From Actinomycetota bacterium (GTDB taxonomy: Bacteria; Actinomycetota; Acidimicrobiia; Acidimicrobiales; CADCSY01), in assembly GCA_019348335.1 (NCBI GenBank), contig JAHWJR010000004.1, positions 1 to 34,145 of the forward strand: 34,145 nucleotides of DNA. Direction: 5' to 3'. Shown piece after piece: positions 8,421 to 16,273 of the stretch. A program made the position numbers and the translations under genes. Numbering within the stretch: position 1 is the stretch's first letter; each line of letters starts with the position of its first letter. The notes beneath the pieces were generated by a model that had not been told where the DNA came from, ran no database searches, and worked only from the letters and a program-made list of their open reading frames with translations.

Positions 8421-9512
8421 ATGGCGGAGATTGCCCTGACTCACGACTATCTGACCCAGCGAGGCGGAGCCGAACGGGTGGTGCTGAGCATGCTGTCGGG
8501 GTTTCCCGGCTCGCCGCTCTACACGTCCCTCTACGAGCCGTCGCTGACCTTCGAGGGCTTCGCCGACCACGACGTGCGCACCCTGTCATTGAACCGCGTT
8601 CGGCCGCTGCGGCGTGAGCACCGGTGGAGCCTGCCGCTGCTGGCTCCGAGCTTCTCCCGCCTGCACGTCGATGCCGACGTGGTGCTGTGCAGCTCCAGCG
8701 GCTGGGCCCACGGCGTGCAGACCGACGGCCGCAAGGTCGTCTACTGCCACAGCCCGGGGCGCTGGCTCTACCAGCGCGAGCGCTACCTGAGGGGTTCACC
8801 GCAGCCCGTGCGGTGGGCGGTGACCGCGCTGGCACCGTCCCTGGAGCGGTGGGACCGCGCCGCCGCCGCATCAGCTGACCGCTACGTCACCACCTCCCGG
8901 GCCGTGCAGCAACGGATCCAAGACGTCTACGGGATCGAGGCCAGCCTGGTGCCGCCGCCCCACACCATCGACACCGCCGGTGCGCAGGAGCCGGTCCCCG
9001 GCCTGGCGCCCGGGTTCGTGCTGTGTGTCGCCCGGCTCATGCCCTACAAGAACGTCGATGCGGTCGTCAGTGCCTTCCGTCGCCTGCCGGAGCACCGCCT
9101 GGTCGTGGTGGGCGAGGGACCTGAGCGACGACGGCTGGAGTCGCTGCTCGGTGCCAACACCACGTTGCTCGGTGTGGTGCCCGACCCCCAGGTCCGCTGG
9201 CTCTACGCCAACTGCGCCGGCCTAGTGGCCGCCTCCCACGAGGACTACGGCCTCACCCCGCTGGAGGCGGCGGCATTCGGCAAGCCCACTGCCGCCCTGC
9301 GGTGGGGGGGCTACCTCGACACCATGGACGAGGGCACCACCGCGGTGTTCTTCGACCGGCCCGAGCCCGAGGAGGTAGCGCCGGCGGTGCAGGCGCTGCT
9401 CGACCGGTCGTGGGACGCCTCGGCCATCCTCGCCCACGCCGGCTGTTTTGACGAGGCCGCGTTCATCACCCGCTTGCGCACGGTGGTGGCCGAGGAAGCG
9501 CAGCGCTGCTGA
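8421..9512 (+). CDS. GT4-family glycosyltransferase
   Basis: MAEIALTHDYLTQRGGAERVVLSM N-terminus, with C-terminal SHEDYGLTPLEAAAFGKPTAAL. AGGA lies about 9 nt upstream of the ATG. Confidence 0.85.
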   Translation: MAEIALTHDYLTQRGGAERVVLSMLSGFPGSPLYTSLYEPSLTFEGFADHDVRTLSLNRVRPLRREHRWSLPLLAPSFSRLHVDADVVLCSSSGWAHGVQTDGRKVVYCHSPGRWLYQRERYLRGSPQPVRWAVTALAPSLERWDRAAAASADRYVTTSRAVQQRIQDVYGIEASLVPPPHTIDTAGAQEPVPGLAPGFVLCVARLMPYKNVDAVVSAFRRLPEHRLVVVGEGPERRRLESLLGANTTLLGVVPDPQVRWLYANCAGLVAASHEDYGLTPLEAAAFGKPTAALRWGGYLDTMDEGTTAVFFDRPEPEEVAPAVQALLDRSWDASAILAHAGCFDEAAFITRLRTVVAEEAQRC

Positions 9513-9539
9513 GGCCGGCGGCGCCGGGCCCGGACGCGC

Positions 9540-9567
9540 CACTGGCGCCGTCGAAACGGCGCCAGTG
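9540..9567. terminator. Perfect 11-bp-stem hairpin (CACTGGCGCCG-TCGAAA-CGGCGCCAGTG) between convergent genes
   Basis: Inverted repeat read directly. It lies 28 nt after the GT4 stop on + and about 100 nt after the precursor ORF stop on -. No clear U-tract on either side. Confidence 0.55.
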
Positions 9568-9664
9568 CCAGGTTGCTCTTCCCTCTTCCGCCCCGGTGTC
9601 CGCCATTTTTCGGGACCAGTGCGCGACTACTCGACGTAGCCGAGGGATGGAAGGGGGAAGTCGA

Positions 9665-9760
9665 TCAGGAAGTCTCGCCCTGGGCGAGCACGACGATGGT
9701 CTGGGTGAGCTCTTCGACACGACCGATCTCGGTCATCTCGGGAGCTTCGTAGTCACGCAT
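9665..9760 (-). CDS. Candidate lasso-type RiPP precursor peptide, 31 aa: MRDYEAPEMTEIGRVEELTQ / TIVVLAQGETS
   Basis: Hand translation of the minus strand from ATG 9760 to TGA 9667-9665; not present in the ORF track. AAGGGA lies about 5 nt upstream of the ATG. The leader fits YxxPxLx3Gx5Tx (Y4, P7, M9, G13, T19). It sits immediately downstream of the Asn-synthetase-like gene. Confidence 0.6.
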   Translation of the reverse strand: MRDYEAPEMTEIGRVEELTQTIVVLAQGETS

Positions 9761-9842
9761 GTGGTCCCTTTCGGTTCGATTCACCAGGAAAGCGGACCCA
9801 GGTCCGGGCCCGAGGGCAAATTATCCCTTCTTGCGGCCACAG

Positions 9843-11054
9843 TCAAACATCCTCGACCGGGCCGGAGCTCGGGTCGGAAGGAGGCAACGGCTGTTCGCCG
9901 GTCAGCCACGCCCCCTGCAGCAGGGCGACGGCGCCGATCTTGGGCCGGGATGCCGACCACGCCGCCCGCAGGGCCATGGGATCGACCAGGTCCTCGTCGA
10001 CGCCGCGGCCGTCCCAGTGGGCGGCGAAGGCCCGGCTGGTCTCCCGCCAGAAGCCCCCGCCGAGGCTCGACTTGGCCTTGCGGGCGACCACCTCGCCCGG
10101 CAGCACGTCGGCGAACAACGCCCGCATGACCTCGGTCCGCTCGCCGTAGCCGAGCCCGCCCCCGTGGCGGGCGAGGGCGGCGAGGAACCGCGGGTCGAGG
10201 AATGGGTGCACGGCCCTGGCGCCGCAGTCCCGGGCCAGCACGTCGATGGTGGCCAGGCCGAGGGCCAGGCTGCGTCGCCGGGAGAGCCACGGCAGCCACC
10301 GGTCCCAACGTCGGGGTTGGCTGGCGACCTCGGCGGCCACGCCGGACTCCACCATCGCCCGGGGGCCGGGGCGGAGCCAGGGCAGGGGGAGGCGGTGCTG
10401 GCGGGCCTCCCACCTCCGCAGGGGCGGCGGTGCCGCGACCACGCCCAGGTCGATGAGATCGCGCCGACGGGGCCGCCGCCGCCGGCGGGCGACCGAGGAG
10501 AGGCCCGCCCATGGCCACGACCCGAACACGCCGTCGCCGTCATGGCCGGAGAGCAACACGCCGCCCGAGGCCTGTTCGAGCAGGACGTGCTCGTAGTGGA
10601 AGTACGGCGGCCACATGACCCCGTGACGACGCAGCAGGCGGGTGGCGAGCGGTCCCAGGTAGTCGAGCTCGTCCTCGACGTCGATGCGCACCCAGTCGTC
10701 GAGGCCGAGGTGGCCGATCACCCGCTCCTGCCAGCCCGACTCGTCGGCGTCGGCCACACCCGGGTAGCGCAGCGTCACCGGGACGGGCAGGGGCAGGCCT
10801 TCGCGGCGGGCGAGATCGGTGGCCACGGCCAGGACGGCGGAGGAGTCCCTGCCCCCCGAGAAGCCGGCGAAGCAGCGGCCGGTGACCAGCCAGGGGCGCA
10901 GGGCGTCGTCCAGGGCGGCCCTGGGCGACACGTCGGGCCCGACGGAGGGCAGTGGCGGGGTCGGCTGCTCGCCGAAGGGCTTGCCCGAGGCCAACTCCAG
11001 GGCCGTGGCCCGCACCGGCTTGGGCTCGATCGGGGTCCGGCCGGTCTGCGGCAC
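9843..11054 (-). CDS. Asparagine-synthetase-like ATP-dependent amidotransferase (lasso cyclase C-like) lacking the N-terminal glutaminase-like domain
   Basis: PP-loop FSGGRDSSAVLAVA and later Asn-synthase-like segments (HPFLDPRFL, SSLGGGFW). I prefer GTG 11054, preceded by GGGAGAG 10 nt upstream and 20 nt after the permease stop. The ATG at 11135 would overlap the permease gene by 61 nt. Confidence 0.75.
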   Translation of the reverse strand: MPQTGRTPIEPKPVRATALELASGKPFGEQPTPPLPSVGPDVSPRAALDDALRPWLVTGRCFAGFSGGRDSSAVLAVATDLARREGLPLPVPVTLRYPGVADADESGWQERVIGHLGLDDWVRIDVEDELDYLGPLATRLLRRHGVMWPPYFHYEHVLLEQASGGVLLSGHDGDGVFGSWPWAGLSSVARRRRRPRRRDLIDLGVVAAPPPLRRWEARQHRLPLPWLRPGPRAMVESGVAAEVASQPRRWDRWLPWLSRRRSLALGLATIDVLARDCGARAVHPFLDPRFLAALARHGGGLGYGERTEVMRALFADVLPGEVVARKAKSSLGGGFWRETSRAFAAHWDGRGVDEDLVDPMALRAAWSASRPKIGAVALLQGAWLTGEQPLPPSDPSSGPVEDV

Positions 11055-11074
11055 GAGAAGGAGGCTCTCCCTGC

Positions 11075-11916
11075 TCAGAACTGGGTGAGGGTGCCGCTGC
11101 GGCGGGCTCGGTCGACCGAGAGCCGGAACAACCACAGCGACAGCGGCAGTGACACGACGGCGAAGGCCACCAGGGCCACCAGCCGCCCGGTGGCCAGCTC
11201 TCCCCGGAGCAGCGCCGCCCGCAGCACGTCGACCCCCCAGGTGAAGGGCAGCAGGTCGGCCACCAGCCGGAGCGGGCCGGGCAGCAGGTCGATGGGGAAG
11301 TAGGCGCCGGCGAGCAGGCCGAGGGCGGTGGTCACCAGGCCGATGAGGGCGGTGACCTGCTTGACCACCACCGCGAACGAGGCCACGAGCACGCCGACGG
11401 CGGCGAAGGTGACCACCAGGGCCGGGAGCCCGACGACCAGACCGACGATGGAGCCCACACCCAGCTCGATGCGCAGACCGAAGAGCGAGGCGACCAGCAG
11501 CGTGACCAGCCCACCGATCAGCGCCCGCAGCAGCTCGAAGGTGGCGCTGCCCAGCACCACCGCCGACGGCGACACCGGGGAGGCCAGGAGGGTCTCGAAC
11601 GTGCCGCTGGTCTGTTCGGTGCGCAACTTCATGGAGAACGAGGTCAGGGCCGTCTGCACCATGCGCAGCACGATCAGCCCCACGGCGGCGTAGGAGAAGT
11701 AGCCCTTGCTCAGGTCGGCGTCGGCCGGCAGCCGGGAGGGCTCCACCAGTTCGGCGAGGAAGTAGAACAGGGCCAGGGCGAGAGGGACCACGGCCAGGTC
11801 GAGCACGAACTGGAGCCGGTACGAGCGGGCGATCTTCCAGTCCCGCCGCACGAAGGCCGGCGTCAACACCCTCCAGCGCGCCCGGAGCGGCGCCACGGGC
11901 ACCGCCGAGGTCTGGC

Positions 11917-11920
<4 letters not shown>
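11075..11920 (-). CDS. ABC-2 type transporter permease
   Basis: GTG 11920 overlaps the ATPase stop (GTGA). Product VSQTSAVPVAPLRARWRVLTPAFVRRDWKIARSYRLQFVLDL... has about 6 hydrophobic helices. The upstream part of the 496-aa track ORF is an alternative-frame read across the ATPase gene. Confidence 0.8.
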
Positions 11921-12672
<752 letters not shown>

Positions 12673-12713
12673 CGCCGGGCTTGGGTGCTCAGTTGCCACC
12701 GGAGGGCCCTGCC

Positions 12714-13577
12714 GTGGCGGCGGGCTCGGCTGTCCGGAAGCCCTCGACGGCACGGGCAGGATGCTACGGGCTGACGCTCACCGGGGAGGTGGTCGACCTG
12801 GCGGCGGCCATGATCGGGCCTCCGCTGCCCGGCTGGCCGGCGGTCGAGCTGGAGTGGACGTCGCTGCTCGCCGACCCGCCGGCCGCGGGATCGTTCGGCC
12901 CGTCCAGCGCCGTGCTGTCGCTCCTGAGCGGCGGCCACGCCGTGTTCGACCGCGAGCGACGGGTGGCCCGGTTCCACAAGCCCCGCCCGCCCGAGGGCCA
13001 CGAGCTGGCGCACCCGTGCCTGTCGGCGGTGGGGCTGGTCTTTGCCCGCTGGGACGGCCGGGTGGCGCTGCATGCCGGCGGCGTGGTGGTCGGCGGCCGG
13101 GCGTGGGGCGTGCTGGGGGCCCGGGAGGCGGGCAAGAGCACGACTCTGGCCCACCTGGCCCGCGCCGGCCATGGGGTGCTGTGCGACGACCTGCTGGTCA
13201 TCGACGACGGCCAGGCCTGCGCCGGCCCCCGCACCCTCGACCTGCGCCCGGAGACGGCTCGACGCCTCGAGGGTGAGGACCTGGTCGAGGTGCGCCAGGG
13301 CCAGCGACACCGGGTGCTGCTCCCGCCGGCGCCGGCCACCGTGCCGTTGGGCGGGTTCTTCGTGCTGGGCGTGGGCGACGAGGTCTCCGTCGAGCCGGTG
13401 CCCCCGGTGGAGCGGCTGCCGGCGCTGCAGCCCCATGTCACGTTGCAGCAGATCGGGCTCCCGGGCGCGGGGCTGCTGGAGCTGGTCGGGTTGCCCATGT
13501 GGCGGGTGCACCGCTCACGGGCGTGGGCCGACCTTCCCCGTCTGATCGAGCGGCTGGTGGCCACTGCCGCCGGCTGA
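12714..13577 (+). CDS. HPr-kinase-like P-loop protein (candidate RiPP precursor Ser kinase)
   Basis: LHAGGVVVGGRAWGVLGAREAGKSTTLAHLARAGHGVLCDDLLVID resembles the HPr kinase C-terminal P-loop domain. N-terminal YGLTLTGEVVDL matches the usual start of lasso-associated kinases. Start is uncertain: GTG 12714 is the nearest in-frame start upstream of that segment, and TTG 12681/12693 are also possible. Confidence 0.7.
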   Translation: MAAGSAVRKPSTARAGCYGLTLTGEVVDLAAAMIGPPLPGWPAVELEWTSLLADPPAAGSFGPSSAVLSLLSGGHAVFDRERRVARFHKPRPPEGHELAHPCLSAVGLVFARWDGRVALHAGGVVVGGRAWGVLGAREAGKSTTLAHLARAGHGVLCDDLLVIDDGQACAGPRTLDLRPETARRLEGEDLVEVRQGQRHRVLLPPAPATVPLGGFFVLGVGDEVSVEPVPPVERLPALQPHVTLQQIGLPGAGLLELVGLPMWRVHRSRAWADLPRLIERLVATAAG

Positions 13578-13970
13578 CGGGCTGCCGTTTCCGGCTCCTG
13601 CTGGCGGTGCCGGCCCGGGGGGTGGCCGCCGGCTCACCTCGATGTAACCGGCGGAGGCCTCGGCCGGCTCGCCGTCGAGCCAGGCGTGGGCCTTGAACCC
13701 CTCGCCGGGGGCGGTGACGCCGATGACCAGGTCGCGTGGGCGTCCGTGGGCGGCATCCCAGGTCTGCAACACCGCCGATCGGACCAGGCACGTGTCGCCT
13801 CGGGACGCCAGCACGGCCGCCACCCAGCGCCGGCACCCCCGCGGAAGGGGAGGCGGCGGGGGGACCACGAGGTGATCGATGCCGCCCGCGTCGAGGTCGG
13901 TGCGCACCTGGCGGGCGGTGCGGCGGGCCCACCACATCGCCCGCGCCGAGTTCAGGCCCTTGATCTTCAC
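13515..13970 (-). CDS. Transglutaminase-like cysteine protease (lasso leader peptidase B2-like)
   Basis: Cys in SRGDTCLVRSAVLQ and His/Asp in FKAHAWLDGE. GTG 13970 overlaps the B1 stop (GTGA). The P/G-rich C-terminal tail overlaps the 3' end of the convergent kinase gene by 63 nt. Confidence 0.75.
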   Translation of the reverse strand: MKIKGLNSARAMWWARRTARQVRTDLDAGGIDHLVVPPPPPLPRGCRRWVAAVLASRGDTCLVRSAVLQTWDAAHGRPRDLVIGVTAPGEGFKAHAWLDGEPAEASAGYIEVSRRPPPGPAPPAGAGNGSPSAGGSGHQPLDQTGKVGPRP

Positions 13971-14311
13971 GACTCGAGCAACCCCCGTTCGGCGAGGCTG
14001 GCCACGAAGACGTCGACGTCGCGCTCGGCTCGGGCCCGTTCCACGTCGAAGGTGTCGAGCAGGACCTGCACCAGCTGCGAGCGGGTGGCGCCCTCGACGA
14101 TGGCCGGCCACAGCGCGGCGCCGGCGGCGTTGACCGCCAGGTAGACCGAGCCCGCACGGTCGAGCACGACCACCTGCCCGTCGACCTCCCGCCAGTCGAC
14201 GGCATCGGCCCGCAGGGTGAGCACGCGGTCGGACTCCTCGACCTCGCCGCTCGCTGCGGATGGGGTGGGGTCGTCACGGTCGGCGGGCATGTGTCGATGG
14301 TAGAGGCACAC
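13967..14311 (-). CDS. PqqD-family RiPP recognition element protein (lasso B1-like)
   Basis: WREVDGQVVVLDRAGSVYLAVNAAGAALWPAIVEGATRSQLVQVLLDTFDVERARAERDVDVFVASLAERGLL follows the PqqD pattern. Start is GTG 14311 or ATG 14290. It lies 21-42 nt downstream of the Wzy-like gene. Confidence 0.8.
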   Translation of the reverse strand: MCLYHRHMPADRDDPTPSAASGEVEESDRVLTLRADAVDWREVDGQVVVLDRAGSVYLAVNAAGAALWPAIVEGATRSQLVQVLLDTFDVERARAERDVDVFVASLAERGLLES

Positions 14312-14332
14312 CGTAGGTACCGCTCTGTGCAG

Positions 14333-15784
14333 TTACGCCCGGCCGGCGCCCCTCCCGGCCACGGTGGAGCCGGCCTCGTCCTCTGGCTCGTCCGGCGGAC
14401 GGCCAGCGCCGGCCAGCGTCCACAACAGCATGCCGGGGAGGTTGCCGAACACGAAGCTGCCGGCGGCGGTGAGCACCAGCAGGGTGAGGAACCCGTACTC
14501 CGAAGGGCGCGAGTGGCGGGACAGCCAGAAGAGCGCCCAGCCCAGCAGGATCAGCCCCACCAGCCCCAGCTCGCCGAGCACGACCAGGTAGCCGTTGTCG
14601 AGGGTGGCGTCGCTCGCCGCCCGGCTGCCGGACGAGTACCGGCCCACGCCCACGCCGAAGGGAGACGTCAGGGAAGCGGCCCGCTCGACCAGGTCGAGGC
14701 GGGCGTTGTAGCTCTTGTCCTCGTCGAGGTTGGTGAACGTCTGCGCCCGTTCCACGACGATGTCGCCCTGGGGGGCGATGAGCACGAAGCCCATGACCAC
14801 GACGACGAAGGCCACGAGCTGGCGCGCCGGCCGGCCCCTGGTGGCGAGCACGCCCACGACCAGGGCCGCGGCCAGGCCCAGCCATACGCTGCGGGCCAGG
14901 GTCAACAGCAAAAACACGGCCGAGGACGACAGGGCCCAGCCCCGCAGCAGGGCGGACGGGCGCACCAGCTGGCGCTGGAAGACCATGAGCAGGATCACCA
15001 CGGCGCTGAGCGTCGCCGCCGTCTGGGGGGCGGGCAGGGTCCCGAAGGGACGGAAGTTCGCCTCACCGAAGGTGCCGGCGCTGCGCAGGCCCGAGCGGAA
15101 CAGCCAGGTGACGTCCCAAGGGAAGGCGATGAAGTACTGGAGGATGCCGTAGGTGGCGGCGATGGAGCCACAGATCACCGTGGCACGGGCGAACACCGAC
15201 AGCCCCCCGGAGATCCGCCGCACGCCGAAGGCGGCGAGGAGCGGAACGGCGAAGTTCAACCAACCGGCCAGGGCGACGAGGGGCGTGCCGATGGCGAGGC
15301 CGGCGCCGACGGTGGCCCAGATCAACAGCAGCGTGACCGCTCCCGGCTTGGGGCAGCGCAGCCCGTGCACGGCGAGGGGGATGGCGACGACGAAGGGGAA
15401 GATGGCGGCCATGTCCGCCGAGGGGTCGGCAGCGGGGAACACCCGTCGCAGCAGGGCGGAGAACACAAAGGCGCCCACGGTGGCGACGATGGAGGCGGAG
15501 GGATGCAGCCACGCCGCTGCGGCCAGCACCCCGGCCAACAGCAGCAGCACCACGTCACGGAACGCGAAGGCGGAGGTGAGCTGGGGCAGCAGGGCCCCGA
15601 GGACCACCGGGACGGCGATGGCCCCCAGCGTGATCCAGGCGCCGGCACTGACCCGTCGGGCACCACCGACGGGGCCCCGGGAGGGGCCGGAGCGAGATGG
15701 TGCACGCACCGGGACGGACACGGGAGGCGAAGGGGCGGCGACGCGACGGGAACGGCGATGACCCCGGCGAAGCGCCGGGGTCAT
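14333..15784 (-). CDS. O-antigen ligase / Wzy-like polymerase family membrane protein, copy 1
   Basis: About 10 or more TM helices with a loop motif LLLTLARSVWLGLAAALVVG of Wzy_C type. The ATG at 15784 is buried in a 13-bp hairpin, so GTG 15721 or 15709 are alternative starts. Confidence 0.75.
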   Translation of the reverse strand: MTPALRRGHRRSRRVAAPSPPVSVPVRAPSRSGPSRGPVGGARRVSAGAWITLGAIAVPVVLGALLPQLTSAFAFRDVVLLLLAGVLAAAAWLHPSASIVATVGAFVFSALLRRVFPAADPSADMAAIFPFVVAIPLAVHGLRCPKPGAVTLLLIWATVGAGLAIGTPLVALAGWLNFAVPLLAAFGVRRISGGLSVFARATVICGSIAATYGILQYFIAFPWDVTWLFRSGLRSAGTFGEANFRPFGTLPAPQTAATLSAVVILLMVFQRQLVRPSALLRGWALSSSAVFLLLTLARSVWLGLAAALVVGVLATRGRPARQLVAFVVVVMGFVLIAPQGDIVVERAQTFTNLDEDKSYNARLDLVERAASLTSPFGVGVGRYSSGSRAASDATLDNGYLVVLGELGLVGLILLGWALFWLSRHSRPSEYGFLTLLVLTAAGSFVFGNLPGMLLWTLAGAGRPPDEPEDEAGSTVAGRGAGRA

Positions 15785-15785
15785 C
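15757..15785 (-). terminator. Perfect 13-bp-stem hairpin (GATGACCCCGGCG-AAG-CGCCGGGGTCATC): terminator or attenuator after the LPXTG gene, or a start-codon-sequestering structure
   Basis: Inverted repeat read directly. It lies 50 nt downstream of the LPXTG gene stop on the minus strand and covers the ATG at 15784-15782. No U-tract. Confidence 0.5.
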
Positions 15786-15835
15786 GTCAGGATTCGACCG
15801 TGGTGCCGGTCAATCGGTGCAGCAGGCTCGGGAGC

Positions 15836-16144
15836 TCAGCTGATGTCGACGTGCTGGCTCTGGGCGGCCCGGCGGTTGCGCTCGAGCAGCACCAGCACGG
15901 CACCGACGGCGAGCAGCCCGGCGCCGATCTGGGTGAGGGGCAGGCTCTCAGCGCCGGTCTTGGGCAGCTGGCCCTGCCTGGCCGGGACCTTGTTGACCTT
16001 GTTGACCTTCTCGACGGTCTTGACCACCTTGACGACGGTCACGTCGGGCTGGGGCGGGTACAGAGGGTCGTTCGCGCCCGCCTCAGCAGCACCTGTCAAG
16101 AACAGGCTCATGGCCGCAGCGACGACGGCAATCTTGCGAATCAT
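15836..16144 (-). CDS. Small secreted LPXTG-motif cell-wall-anchored protein (102 aa)
   Basis: Signal peptide MIRKIAVVAAAMSLFLTGAAEA. Sorting signal LPKTG, then hydrophobic AESLPLTQIGAGLLAVGAVLVLL and the charged tail ERNRRAA. GGGAGG lies 7 nt upstream of ATG 16144; the track start at 16147 is a TTG one codon upstream. Confidence 0.85.
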   Translation of the reverse strand: MIRKIAVVAAAMSLFLTGAAEAGANDPLYPPQPDVTVVKVVKTVEKVNKVNKVPARQGQLPKTGAESLPLTQIGAGLLAVGAVLVLLERNRRAAQSQHVDIS

Positions 16145-16273
16145 CAAAATACCTCCCGGTTGTCCACCGGCGTCGGGCGGTCAGAGTGTGTCTGGGCGTC
16201 TTCGATCAGCTTCCTGCGTGAGCAGTATGCCGGTTCTACCCCCGCGTGTCGAGTCTTTACGCCTGGTCGTCAC

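Noticed and set aside
9665-9760. Alternative processing of the small ORF: a core starting at Gly13, or at Val23 with a 7-membered ring to Glu
   Set aside because: A Gly13 start has acidic residues only at core positions 4-5, too close for a 7-9-membered ring. A Val23 start breaks the G-x5-T-x leader spacing. The Q20/T21 boundary is the only one that fits the canonical motif, although it remains a prediction.
9759-11303. 514-aa + strand ORF and related frames (9781-10518, 9902-10543) over the cyclase gene
   Set aside because: Antisense or alternative frames of the Asn-synthetase-like gene. Only the 9843-11054 minus frame shows the PP-loop and other family motifs.
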